Positions 1 through 9,992 of a DNA stretch of 32,000 nt are shown here, one piece after another. The position numbers were made by a program, and so were the translations under genes. Location of the stretch: assembly GCF_000014785.1 (NCBI RefSeq), contig NC_008340.1, positions 2,130,001-2,162,000 of the forward strand, in the 5' to 3' direction. How positions within the stretch are numbered: the first letter of the stretch is position 1; every line of letters starts with the position of its first letter. The notes under the pieces were generated by a model that did no database searches, had not been told where the DNA came from, and was given only the letters and a program-made list of their open reading frames with translations. This stretch comes from Alkalilimnicola ehrlichii MLHE-1. Its GTDB lineage: Bacteria; Pseudomonadota; Gammaproteobacteria; Nitrococcales; Halorhodospiraceae.

Positions 1-2
1 TG

Positions 3-614
<612 letters not shown>

Positions 615-670
615 GGAGGCACCCCCCGGCTGCACGGCGGGGCCGACGATGCGACGGCGGGAGACCGGTC

Positions 671-1273
671 CTACAGAAACCGTCGCCGTGCCCGGTGCAG
701 CAGCAGGCCAGCGAGCAGCGAGAGCAGGATAACGATGGTGGCGGCGGAATAGACGCCCAGCCAGTCGGCCAGCCGGGCCCATTGGTTGCCCAGCCAATAG
801 CCGGCCACAGCCAGCACGGCGTTCCACAACGCGGTGCCGGCAGCGGTGAGCAGCACGAAGCGCAGGAACCCCATGGGCATGAGCCCGGCCGGTATAGAGA
901 CCAGGCTGCGGAAGCTGGGCACCAGGCGCCCGAAGAACACCATCCAGTCCCCGTAATACTGAAAGGCCATCATCACCCGGTCCAGGTCCTTGCCCTTCAA
1001 TAGCAGATAACGCCCCGGTCCGGTGACCAGCGTCCGGGTGCGCGCCTCCCCCACCTGGCGCGCCACCAGGTAGATCAGGGTGGAACCGAACGTGGCCCCG
1101 ATGCTTCCGGCCACCACCACCCCCTCGAGGGTGAACACCTCCGTGAAGGCCAGGAAGCCGGCGAAAGGCATGATCACCTCGGGGGCGACGACGATCATCA
1201 CCAGGGCCAGCCCGCGGTAGCCCAACCCTTCCACCAACGACCGCCACCAGGCCAGGGTCACCTCACTCGACAT
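671..1273 (-). CDS. DedA/SNARE-associated family inner membrane protein
   Basis: Hydrophobic protein with 'PEVIMPFAGFLA', 'GATFGSTLIYLVARQVGEARTR', 'FFGRLVPSFRSLVSIPAGLMPMGFLRF'. The ORF track start is at 1345; MSSEV at 1273 is the more likely start. Confidence 0.85.
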   Translation of the reverse strand: MSSEVTLAWWRSLVEGLGYRGLALVMIVVAPEVIMPFAGFLAFTEVFTLEGVVVAGSIGATFGSTLIYLVARQVGEARTRTLVTGPGRYLLLKGKDLDRVMMAFQYYGDWMVFFGRLVPSFRSLVSIPAGLMPMGFLRFVLLTAAGTALWNAVLAVAGYWLGNQWARLADWLGVYSAATIVILLSLLAGLLLHRARRRFL

Positions 1274-1536
1274 CCGCCCTCTGTCCCTTCCCGGCGGCTT
1301 GTCCCCCTCAGGGGTGGCCGGGCCGCAACATTCAACGTTTCGCAATGGTCCGCGGGAGCGCCCCGCCCGCGCCTCGATATCACCGGGATGTCACACGCCG
1401 GGGATGGCAGGGTTCCACGCTCACTGGTAAGTTGAGGGTAATCCTTTTCGGCTGCCCCCACGCGAACCCGTTAGGCTAACACCTTCGGCCGGCGTGCGGG
1501 TGCCTTCGCCGCCAGAACACGAGACCGCGCCTTCGC

Positions 1537-3621
1537 ATGGACCAAAAAACGATCGATCTCAAGCAACCGGACCTCTACTTCAACCGCCTGCTCAGCCTGC
1601 TGGAGTTCAACCGCCGGGTGCTCGCCCAGGCCAAGGACACCGACACCCCGCTGCTGGAACGCCTCAAGTTCCTCTGTATCTGCACCTCGAACATGGACGA
1701 GTTCTTCGAGGTGAGGGTCTCGGGGGTGAAACACAAGGCCGAGGCCGGTTCGGTTCAGGCCGAGTCGGACAATCGCAGCCCGCAGGAGACCCTGAATGCC
1801 ATCAGTGCCGTCAGCCACGAGCTGGTAGCCGAGCAGTACCGCGTCCTCAACGAGGAATTGATCCCGGCCCTGGCGGAAGAGGACATCCGCTTCATCCGCC
1901 GGGCCGATTGGACCGACGCCCAGACGGAGTGGCTGCGCCGTTTTTTCGAGGACGAGCTGCTGCCGGTGCTCAGCCCCCTGGGACTGGATCCGGCCCACCC
2001 CTTCCCCAAGGTACTGAACAAGAGCCTGAACTTCATCGTCAGCCTGGAGGGCAAAGATGCCTTCGGCCGCAACAGCGGGTTCGCCATCGTGCAGGCGCCG
2101 CGCGCCCTGCCGCGCCTGATTCAACTGCCCCGGGAGGGTGAGGACAACGGACCCTGGGACTTCGTCTTCCTGTCCTCGGTCATTCACGCCTTCGTGGATC
2201 AGCTCTTCCCGGGCATGAAGATCAAGGGCTGTTATCAATTCCGGGTGACCCGCAACAGCGATCTGTTTGTTGACGAGGAGGAGGTGGACGACCTGCTGCG
2301 GGCGCTGGAGGGGGAGCTGCTCTCCCGCCGGTACGGCGAGGCCATTCGCTTGGAGGTGGCGGCCAACTGTTCCGAGGACCTGGCCAACTTCCTGCTGCGC
2401 AAGTTCGAGCTCGGGCCGGACGACCTCTACCAGGTGGACGGGCCGGTCAACCTGAACCGGATGATGGCGGTCTACGACCTGGTGGACCGCCCCGATCTGA
2501 AGTATCCGTCGTTCACCCCCGGGCTGCCGGCGGATTTCAGCCACAGCGGCGATATCTTCAAGGTCCTGCGCAAGCGCCAGGTGCTGCTGCACCACCCCTT
2601 CCAGTCCTTTGCCCCGGTCATCGAGCTGGTGCGCCAGGCCTCGCTGGATCCGGACGTGCTCGCCATCAAGCAGACCCTCTACCGCACCGGGCCCGATTCC
2701 GCCATCGTCGATCACCTGGTGCGCGCGGCGCGGGACGGTAAGGAGGTCACCGTTATCATCGAGTTGCGCGCCCGCTTTGACGAGGCGGCCAACATCGCCC
2801 TCGCCAACCGGCTGCAGGAGGCCGGCGTGCACGTGGTCTATGGGGTCGTGGGCCACAAGACCCATGCCAAGATGCTGCTGGTGGTGCGCCGCGAGGGGCG
2901 CAAGCTGCGCCACTACGTGCACCTGGGGACCGGCAACTACCACTCACGCACCGCGCGGCTCTACACCGACTATGGCCTGTTCACCCGAGACAAGCATACG
3001 GGTGAGGATGTCCACCGGCTGTTCCTGCAAATGACCAGCCTGGGGCGTTTCTCCGAGCTGAAACGCCTGCTGCAATCGCCCTTCACCTTGCGGGAGGGGG
3101 TGATCCAGCGCATCCAACGGGAGGCCGAACACGCCCTCGCCGGTCACGAGGCCCGCATTATCGTCAAGGTCAATTCCCTCACCGAGCCTGGTGTCATCCA
3201 GGCGCTCTACCAGGCCTCGCAGGCAGGCGTCACCGTCGACCTGATCGTGCGCGGCATGTGCTGTCTGCGCCCCGGGGTACCGGGGGTCTCGGACAACATT
3301 CAAGTCCGCTCCATCATCGGCCGCTTCCTGGAACATACCCGGGTGTTCTATTTCCACAACCGGGGCGACAGCGACCTCTATGCCAGCAGCGCCGATTGGA
3401 TGGAGCGCAATTTCTTCCGGCGGGTGGAGACGGCCTTCCCCCTCCTGGACGAGGAGGCGCGCCGGCGGGTGCTGCTGGACCTGGAGTGCTATCTCAAGGA
3501 CAACACCCAGGCCTGGCTGCTGCAACCCGACGGCAGTTACGTGCGCCTCCAGCCCGCGGAGGGCGAGGAACCCTACTGCGCCCAGCGGGCCCTCCTCGCG
3601 TTGCTCGCCGACAGTGCCTGA
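1537..3621 (+). CDS. ppk1: Polyphosphate kinase 1
   Basis: 694 aa; 'LSLLEFNRRVLAQAKD', 'HHPFQSFAPVIELVRQA', 'IIELRARFDEAANI', 'VYGVVGHKTHAKMLLVVRRE' typical of PPK1. Confidence 0.97.
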   Translation: MDQKTIDLKQPDLYFNRLLSLLEFNRRVLAQAKDTDTPLLERLKFLCICTSNMDEFFEVRVSGVKHKAEAGSVQAESDNRSPQETLNAISAVSHELVAEQYRVLNEELIPALAEEDIRFIRRADWTDAQTEWLRRFFEDELLPVLSPLGLDPAHPFPKVLNKSLNFIVSLEGKDAFGRNSGFAIVQAPRALPRLIQLPREGEDNGPWDFVFLSSVIHAFVDQLFPGMKIKGCYQFRVTRNSDLFVDEEEVDDLLRALEGELLSRRYGEAIRLEVAANCSEDLANFLLRKFELGPDDLYQVDGPVNLNRMMAVYDLVDRPDLKYPSFTPGLPADFSHSGDIFKVLRKRQVLLHHPFQSFAPVIELVRQASLDPDVLAIKQTLYRTGPDSAIVDHLVRAARDGKEVTVIIELRARFDEAANIALANRLQEAGVHVVYGVVGHKTHAKMLLVVRREGRKLRHYVHLGTGNYHSRTARLYTDYGLFTRDKHTGEDVHRLFLQMTSLGRFSELKRLLQSPFTLREGVIQRIQREAEHALAGHEARIIVKVNSLTEPGVIQALYQASQAGVTVDLIVRGMCCLRPGVPGVSDNIQVRSIIGRFLEHTRVFYFHNRGDSDLYASSADWMERNFFRRVETAFPLLDEEARRRVLLDLECYLKDNTQAWLLQPDGSYVRLQPAEGEEPYCAQRALLALLADSA

Positions 3622-3648
3622 AGCGCGGCCGGCGAGCAACGCGGCGGA

Positions 3649-5142
3649 TCAAGCGCCGAGATAGAGTCGCAGATCCGCCCGCTTGAGCCAGCGGCGTTCC
3701 TGTTCCAGATCCGCGCGCACCAGGGGGTGTTGCTCCAGCCAGTCCGAGGGGAGTTCCAGCTTCAGGTGGTGGCCGTTGCCACGCAGGCGGAAATCGGGCA
3801 GCGGGGTCTCGCTGCGGCTGCGGTGCAGCAGGACGGCGAGCCGCAATAACACCCCCAGGCGAATCAACGGGATCCGGTGGCTGCCCGGCAGGGCGTCGAA
3901 CTCGACGACCGGGAACTTGCGCCGGTGGGCCCGGACCAGCACCGCCAACAGCTGCTGGTCCAGGCTGGAAAACCCGGCCATATCCGCGTGGCGGGTGATG
4001 TAGGCCCCATGCTTGTGGTACTGGCTGTGGGAGATATCCAGGCCCACCTCATGCAGTTGCGCCGCCCAGCGCAACAGGCGCGCCCAGAAGGGCCGCTGCA
4101 GTGACCAATCAGCGGCCACCTGCTGCAGGCAATAGTGGGCGGTGGCGGCCACCCGTCCGGCCTGCAGTTCATCCACATGGTAGCGCCGGACCAGGCTCTC
4201 CACCGTGGCGGCGCGCACGTCCGCCTCCCCCAGGCGCCCCACCAGGTCGTAGAGCAGCCCCTCACGCAGCGCCCCCTCGGCCACCTCCATCCGGCCCACA
4301 CCCAGGGTCTCGAACACCGCGCTGAGCACAGCGACGCCGCCGGGCAACACCACCCGACGGTCATCGCTCAACCCGTCCAGCCGCAGCCGATCCACGTGGC
4401 CGGCGCTCAGGAGCGTGTCACCGAGCCGCTGCAGCGCCTCCCGGGTGATGCCGTAGTCGCACCAGCCCGCCGCCTGGACCACGTTGGCCACGGCCCGGAT
4501 CGTCCCCGAGGCCCCCACGGCCTCCGCCCAAAGGGGCGTCTGATAATGGGCGCCCACCGGCTCCATCTCCACACCCGCGGCTGTCAACGCCCGCTCCATG
4601 CACGCCGGAGTAATCTCGCCGCCCGGGAAATAGCGCTCGGTAAAGCTCACGCAGCCCATGTGCAGGCTGTCCATGGCTCGGGGCTGCTCCCCGGCCCCGA
4701 TGATCAATTCGGTGCTGCCTCCCCCGATGTCCACCACCAGCCGCGGGCGGCCATCGAAATCCAGGCTTCGGGCCACGCCCAGGTAGACCAGCCGCGCCTC
4801 CTCGTAACCCGGTATGATCTCAATCCCGTGCCCCAGGGCCGCCTCGGCCTCCTCAAGGAAGCCCCGCTTCTGCCGGGCCCTGCGCAGGGTATTGGTACCC
4901 ACTGCCCGAACCCCGCCGGCATCCACCTCACGCAAACGCTGGCCGAACCGGCGCAGACAGGCCAGAGCACGCTCCCGAGCCGGCGCGCTCAGGGTGCGGT
5001 GGGTCTCCAGTCCCTCGGCAAGACGGACCGGCTCTCGCAACCGGTCCAGGATGCGCAGCTGTCCGCCCTCGTGGCGGGCGACGATCATATGGAAGCTGTT
5101 GGAACCCAGATCGACAGCGGCCAGGATATCCGGCTTGCCCAT
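3649..5142 (-). CDS. ppx: Exopolyphosphatase (Ppx/GppA family)
   Basis: 'AAVDLGSNSFHMIVARHEGGQLRILDRLREPVRLAEGL', 'VVDIGGGSTELIIG'; C-terminal HD-like region 'AAQLHEVGLDISHSQYHKHGAYI'. Confidence 0.95.
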   Translation of the reverse strand: MGKPDILAAVDLGSNSFHMIVARHEGGQLRILDRLREPVRLAEGLETHRTLSAPARERALACLRRFGQRLREVDAGGVRAVGTNTLRRARQKRGFLEEAEAALGHGIEIIPGYEEARLVYLGVARSLDFDGRPRLVVDIGGGSTELIIGAGEQPRAMDSLHMGCVSFTERYFPGGEITPACMERALTAAGVEMEPVGAHYQTPLWAEAVGASGTIRAVANVVQAAGWCDYGITREALQRLGDTLLSAGHVDRLRLDGLSDDRRVVLPGGVAVLSAVFETLGVGRMEVAEGALREGLLYDLVGRLGEADVRAATVESLVRRYHVDELQAGRVAATAHYCLQQVAADWSLQRPFWARLLRWAAQLHEVGLDISHSQYHKHGAYITRHADMAGFSSLDQQLLAVLVRAHRRKFPVVEFDALPGSHRIPLIRLGVLLRLAVLLHRSRSETPLPDFRLRGNGHHLKLELPSDWLEQHPLVRADLEQERRWLKRADLRLYLGA

Positions 5143-5145
5143 GCG

Positions 5146-5655
5146 CTAACGTCCGGCTTTCGCGAGCTGACGCAGGGGCCGGGCGGGTAGATACCACTGC
5201 AACTCGCCCCCGCCAGGCCGCGGCGGCTGATCGAACACCAAGGAAAGCATCCCGCCCTTCTTGAAGTGCATGAAGGAACGGGTCTGACCGGAGAGCGCGT
5301 AGGCGGCAAGGGCCCCCAGATCGGGCTCATGGCCCACCGCCATCACCCGACCCGGGTGATCCACCAACCACGCGAGGAAGGCGTCGGGGTCCCCCCCCGG
5401 GGCCAGGCCCTCGTGCAGTTCGCGCTCCACCGGCGGCGGGCCCTCCTCGGCAAGGATATCCGCCGTCTGTCGGGCCCGCAGCAGCGGGCTGTGCAACAGG
5501 AGGTCGATCTCGGGGAGCAGCCGGGTCACTCCCCGTGCCGCTGCCTTCATACGGTCCCGTCCCTTGTCGGTCAGCGCCCGTTCGGCGTCGGGTAGGCAGC
5601 CATCCGGCGGCGGATCCTCGGCAATGGCGTGCCGCACCAGTACCAATTCCCACAT
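5146..5655 (-). CDS. sixA: Phosphohistidine phosphatase SixA (histidine phosphatase superfamily)
   Basis: RHG-like 'LVLVRHAIAEDPPPDG', 'ALTDKGRDRM', 'LLHSPLLRARQTADIL', 'VMAVGHEPDLGALAAYALSG'. GGGAG-type RBS upstream. Confidence 0.92.
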   Translation of the reverse strand: MWELVLVRHAIAEDPPPDGCLPDAERALTDKGRDRMKAAARGVTRLLPEIDLLLHSPLLRARQTADILAEEGPPPVERELHEGLAPGGDPDAFLAWLVDHPGRVMAVGHEPDLGALAAYALSGQTRSFMHFKKGGMLSLVFDQPPRPGGGELQWYLPARPLRQLAKAGR

Positions 5656-5675
5656 AGTGTCGCTCCCGAAGGGTT

Positions 5676-7205
5676 TCAGGCGTGTTCGCGGAGAACCGGA
5701 TCGACCACCAGGCGGTTGCGGCCCTGGTTCTTCGCGGTGTAGAGGGCCTGGTCGGCTGCCGCCACCAGGCTGTCGGTGTCAACGAAGGGGCGGCCGCCCT
5801 CCTGGACGGCGAGCCCGGCGGAGGCCGTCACCCGCAGCTGCGGCGCCTCCTTCAGGCCCAAGTCGGTACCCCGCACCCGCTCCAGCACCCGCCGAACCAC
5901 GCGTTGTGCATCCTGCCAGTGGACCCCGGGCAGCAAGAGCACGAATTCCTCACCGCCATAGCGGGCGACGACATCCTCACCGCGCACGGCATCGTGCAGC
6001 ACCGCGCTGACCCGGCGCAAGACCTGGTCGCCGGCGAGATGACCGTATTCATCGTTGACCTGCTTGAAGTGGTCCAGGTCCAGCACCACCAGGGTCAGCG
6101 GCCAGCCCCCCATCGCCGCCCCGGTGAATTCATCCTGGAGCCGACGGAAGAGTTGGTCGCGATTGTAGAGGCCGGTCAGGGGGTCACGCCGGGTGCGTTC
6201 CTCCAGCTCCCGGACCTGTTGCTCGTAGGCCTGTGCCTGCTCTCGCACTTCGACCACTTCGTGGACCATGCGGAGGTTTTGCAGAATAAGGGCCTCGCGC
6301 GCCTGCTCCAGCACACCCGCGGTGCTCTCCGGGTCATCCAACCGGATCTCAAAGAGCCTGGCCAGCTCCGGCTCTGCGGCACCAACCGCTTCCAGCAGGG
6401 CCTGTACCTCCTCCGCGGACCACCCGAGCGCCCGCGCCACCTGCTGAGCGGCACGGTCCGCCGCACGGCGGGTGTCATCAGCGAGCCACACATCGGCGAT
6501 GGCGCCGGACAACGCCACGGCACCCCGCAACAGGGTGGGCCCATCGGTGGTCGGGGACGCCACATCCAGCGCCACCTGATGGCTTCCGGCCACCGCCTCC
6601 ACCAGATGGCCCGGCAACCCCCAGCGGCCCATCAACCAAGCCGCCACGTCCGCATGGTCACAGCCGAGGGCGGCCCGCTCTGCCGCCGCCAGGCTGTCGT
6701 GGCACTGCGCAGCGGCAGCGATCTGTCGGTACTCGTCCTTGAGGGCGACATCCAGCACCAGGATTCCCAGGTCCTGAACCAACCCCGCCAGCATCAAGTC
6801 CTCTTCCCGCATCAGGCACTGGCGGCGCCCGATCTCCCGCGCGGCAGCGGCGGCCAGCAGGGACCGGCGCCAATACCGCTGCCGGTCGTAGCCGCCCTGT
6901 TCGGACGCCTGCTGCAGGGTGGGAATGAGCGTGAAACTGAGCGCGAGGGTCACCGCCGCATTCATGCCCATGGTGACCAGGGCCTGACGGACGTTGGTGA
7001 CCTCGCGACGGCGGGCGTAAAAGGGGGAGTTCGCGACCTTGAGGATGCGGACACTGAGCGCGGGGTCCTTGCCGATCACCTCCGCCAGGTCCGCGGTGCC
7101 CACATCAGGCTGATTGCCCAGTTCCACCAGCCGCATGGCGGCGGCCGGCAACGTGGGAAGCCCCGGCGCCAGCTCCAGCCGGCGGGCAAGACGGGCGTCA
7201 AGCAT
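5676..7205 (-). CDS. HDOD domain plus GGDEF diguanylate cyclase protein
   Basis: N-terminal HDOD-like 'LPTLPAAAMRLVELGNQPDVGTADLAEVIGKDPALSVRILKVANSPFY'; C-terminal 'DPLTGLYNRDQLFRRL...DLDHFKQVNDEYGHLAGDQVL...RGEDVVARYGGEEFVLLLPG' (GGEEF active site, RGED I-site-like motif 5 aa upstream). Confidence 0.92.
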   Translation of the reverse strand: MLDARLARRLELAPGLPTLPAAAMRLVELGNQPDVGTADLAEVIGKDPALSVRILKVANSPFYARRREVTNVRQALVTMGMNAAVTLALSFTLIPTLQQASEQGGYDRQRYWRRSLLAAAAAREIGRRQCLMREEDLMLAGLVQDLGILVLDVALKDEYRQIAAAAQCHDSLAAAERAALGCDHADVAAWLMGRWGLPGHLVEAVAGSHQVALDVASPTTDGPTLLRGAVALSGAIADVWLADDTRRAADRAAQQVARALGWSAEEVQALLEAVGAAEPELARLFEIRLDDPESTAGVLEQAREALILQNLRMVHEVVEVREQAQAYEQQVRELEERTRRDPLTGLYNRDQLFRRLQDEFTGAAMGGWPLTLVVLDLDHFKQVNDEYGHLAGDQVLRRVSAVLHDAVRGEDVVARYGGEEFVLLLPGVHWQDAQRVVRRVLERVRGTDLGLKEAPQLRVTASAGLAVQEGGRPFVDTDSLVAAADQALYTAKNQGRNRLVVDPVLREHA

Positions 7206-7272
7206 GCAGCACTCCCCTCAAAGCGCGCGGCAACCGGCCTTGAGGCACGCCCCTGGGGGCGCCGGTCCCCGC

Positions 7273-7506
7273 TCAACGCGATGATTTGTTGTTGGTATTC
7301 TCGTCCCGGGTGTCCGCTTCGGGCTCGACCTCTTGCTCGGACCGCTTGGTTTTCTCACCGGGCAGCGGCTCATCATCCAGCAACGGCTGATAGGCCGGGC
7401 TGTCCAGGTCATCATACTGCCCGCTGTCCACTGCCCAGAAGAAGGCCCAGATGGCGATGAGCAGAAAGATGATACCGACCGGTATGGAAAAAAAGATGAC
7501 GCTCAT
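7273..7506 (-). CDS. ccoS: cbb3-type cytochrome oxidase assembly protein CcoS
   Basis: 77 aa, N-terminal TM 'MSVIFFSIPVGIIFLLIAIWAFFWAVDSGQYDDLDSPAYQPLLDD'; directly downstream of ccoI. Confidence 0.93.
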   Translation of the reverse strand: MSVIFFSIPVGIIFLLIAIWAFFWAVDSGQYDDLDSPAYQPLLDDEPLPGEKTKRSEQEVEPEADTRDENTNNKSSR

Positions 7507-7509
7507 GGC

Positions 7510-9990
7510 TCAGGACCGACCCGGGACAGGCTGTGCTTGGATCTTCCCACGGCCGACGGGTACAGGGCAAGCCGCCACCGGCCGCTGCCCCCGACTCAGG
7601 CGGCTGGCGTTGAGGATGACGAGAATAGAGCTGCCAGCCATACCCAAGGCGGCCATCCAGGGCGTGAGGAAACCCACCGCCGCCAACGGCAGGGCGGAGA
7701 AGTTGTAACAGGCCGACAGGGTCAGGTTCTGGATCATGATGCGCCGGCTCTGATGCGCCCAGTGAAACCCCCGCTCCACCGGGGTCAAACGCTCACCCAA
7801 CAAGACCATATCGGCGGAGGTCTGCGCCAGCGCCGTGCCGGTGTTCATGGCAATGGCGACATCGGCCCCGGCCAGCACCGGCGCATCGTTAAGCCCATCC
7901 CCCACCATGGCCACCTTGACGCCCTGCGCCTGGATCTCCCGGATTCGAGCCAGTTTGTCGTCGGGTCGCATGCGCGCCTGCCACCGGTCGATGCCCAGGC
8001 GCCGGGCAACGGCCTCAACCACGGCCGGATGATCGCCACTGGCCAGCTCCACGGTGAGCCCACGGGCCTTGAGCGCGGCCACCAGTTCCGCGGCATCCTC
8101 CCGGGGCCGGTCCGCCAACTGGAACCGCGCCAGCGGCTGCCCGTTGCGCGCCAAAACCACCCAACTGCCCTCGTCACTGGGCTCACCCTCGCCCACCGCC
8201 TGGTCACAGGCGAAACGGGGCAGCCCGATACGGTATTCGTCGCCGTCCAGGGCCCCGCGCACCCCATCGCCGCGCACCGCCTCCACGTCGTCGAACGCCA
8301 ACCGTTGCCCATGCCCGTCGAAGGCCCGGGCGATCGGGTGCTCCGAGTGGCGTTCAAGGCCACCGGCGAGCGCCAGTGCACGGGTCTCATCCAGGCCGGG
8401 CTCATCAGTCAGCAGCTCGATCCGCTCCACCCGCAGTTCGCCGCGGGTCAGGGTCCCGGTCTTGTCGAAGACCACGTGACCCACCTTGGTCATGGTCTCC
8501 AGGGCATCCCGCTGAGTGATCAACAGCCCGGACCGCGCCAGTCGATTGGTGCCGCCGGCAATCGCCATTGGCGTGGCCATGGCCAGGGCGCAGGGGCAGG
8601 TGGCGGCCAGTACCGCCATCAACACCGGGAAGGCCTGCACCGGGTCATGCTGCCACCACCAGGCGAACACCCCAACGGCTGCCACCAGCACCACGGAGAT
8701 GAAGCGTGCCGCCACCCAGTTGGCGACCCGCGCCAGGCGCGGCCGGTCGGCCTGGGCCCGGGCCAGCAGGCGGGAGATAGAGGACAGCACCGTGTCCTGG
8801 CCCAGGGCCTCGACGCGCATGCGGAAGACGCCGGCGGTGTTGAGGCTGCCACCCACCAGGCGCTCGCCCTCACCGCGCGACTGCGGCATGGACTCGCCGG
8901 TCAGCAGCGACTCGTCCAGATTGCCCTCGCCCCAGATCAGCTCACCGTCCGCGGGCACGGTCTCGCCAGAGCGCACCAGCAGGATGTCCCCGGTGCGCAG
9001 GTCCGCCACCGGGACTTGCTCCTCGCCCTGCTCGGTGACCCGAGTGGCGTTGCTGGGGATGAGTCGCGCCAGTGCGTCGGTGGTCTCGTTCGCCTTGTGG
9101 CGGGCCGCCATCTCAGCAAAACGGGCCACCCCCAGGAAAAAGATGAACATGACCACCGAGTCGAAGTAGACCTTCGGCCCGTCGGTGAGCGTCCACCAGA
9201 GACTGGCGGTATAGGTGATGCCGATGGCGAGGCTGACCGGGACGTCCATGCCCACAGTGCGGGCCCGGATATCGCGATAGGCGCCGATGAAGAAGGGAGC
9301 ACCGGCGTAGAACAACACCGGCGTGGCCACCAGCAGGCTGACCAAGCGCAGGAACTGCTCATGCACCGCGTCCATACCGTAGTAGTCGCCCAGGTAGAGC
9401 CCGATGCCGAGCATCATTACCTGCATCGTCCCCAGCCCGGAGACGATCAGCCGGCGTAGGGCCTTGCGCCGCTCCTGGTCGGCCATGGAGCGCACTTTGT
9501 CGGCGCGCAGCGGGTGGGCGCGATAGCCCAGACGCGCCATCTCACGGAGGAGGAAGGAAAGCGGGGCCCGCTCCTGCTCCCAGCGAATGATCGCGCGGCC
9601 GGTGGCGGCGTTGACCCGTACATCCAGGACCCCGTCCACCTGGCTGAGGAGGTGTTCGATCAGCCAGCCACAGGCCGCGCAGTAGAGGTTTTCGACCAGG
9701 AACGAGCCCTCGCGCGGGCCGTCGCCGATCCGCACGAAGTCGCGCTGGACCTCGTCACGGTCGTAGGCCGACCACTGGTCCGGACTGGATGCAACGGCCT
9801 CGTCATCCGGTCGGGCCCCGGCGCTGGTGCGGACCTGGTAGAACTTCTCCAGGCCGCTGCCCAGGATCATGTTGGCCACGGCATGGCACCCGGTGCAACA
9901 GACGGGTTCCTCCCGCCCGTTCACCGTGACAGTGCGGTCCTCGCCGGGCGGCACCTGCTCGCCGCAGTGAAAACACTTCTGGCCCGACAA
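7510..9990 (-). CDS. ccoI: Copper-translocating P-type ATPase, CcoI type (TTG start)
   Basis: 'CFHCGEQVPPG', 'YCAACGWLIEHLL', 'ATCPCALAMATPMAIAGGTN', 'VFDKTGTLTRGEL', 'VAMVGDGLNDAPVLAGADVAIAM'. The codon at 9990-9988 is TTG. Confidence 0.96.
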   Translation of the reverse strand: MSGQKCFHCGEQVPPGEDRTVTVNGREEPVCCTGCHAVANMILGSGLEKFYQVRTSAGARPDDEAVASSPDQWSAYDRDEVQRDFVRIGDGPREGSFLVENLYCAACGWLIEHLLSQVDGVLDVRVNAATGRAIIRWEQERAPLSFLLREMARLGYRAHPLRADKVRSMADQERRKALRRLIVSGLGTMQVMMLGIGLYLGDYYGMDAVHEQFLRLVSLLVATPVLFYAGAPFFIGAYRDIRARTVGMDVPVSLAIGITYTASLWWTLTDGPKVYFDSVVMFIFFLGVARFAEMAARHKANETTDALARLIPSNATRVTEQGEEQVPVADLRTGDILLVRSGETVPADGELIWGEGNLDESLLTGESMPQSRGEGERLVGGSLNTAGVFRMRVEALGQDTVLSSISRLLARAQADRPRLARVANWVAARFISVVLVAAVGVFAWWWQHDPVQAFPVLMAVLAATCPCALAMATPMAIAGGTNRLARSGLLITQRDALETMTKVGHVVFDKTGTLTRGELRVERIELLTDEPGLDETRALALAGGLERHSEHPIARAFDGHGQRLAFDDVEAVRGDGVRGALDGDEYRIGLPRFACDQAVGEGEPSDEGSWVVLARNGQPLARFQLADRPREDAAELVAALKARGLTVELASGDHPAVVEAVARRLGIDRWQARMRPDDKLARIREIQAQGVKVAMVGDGLNDAPVLAGADVAIAMNTGTALAQTSADMVLLGERLTPVERGFHWAHQSRRIMIQNLTLSACYNFSALPLAAVGFLTPWMAALGMAGSSILVILNASRLSRGQRPVAACPVPVGRGKIQAQPVPGRS

Positions 9991-9992
9991 AT

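Noticed and set aside
1470-1480. Perfect short palindrome GTTAGGCTAAC upstream of ppk1
   Set aside because: Short, single occurrence, no match to a Pho box or other regulator site I can name, and no convincing -35/-10 arrangement.
1471-2943. Long antisense ORF (490 aa) opposite ppk1, and similar long antisense ORFs opposite ccoI (7333..9459), ccoO/N (13373..15337), ppsA (22376..24007) and glcD (29423..31447)
   Set aside because: High-GC shadow ORFs with low-complexity His/Gln/Arg/Gly composition, fully overlapping strongly supported genes.
7248-7261. CGCCCC-TG-GGGGCG dyad between the HDOD-GGDEF and ccoS genes as a terminator
   Set aside because: Loop of two bases and no U-tract in either direction; likely a chance GC palindrome.
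5682-7460. 592-aa + strand ORF opposite the HDOD-GGDEF gene
   Set aside because: Shadow ORF of a well-supported minus-strand coding sequence; composition is typical of antisense reading in GC-rich DNA.
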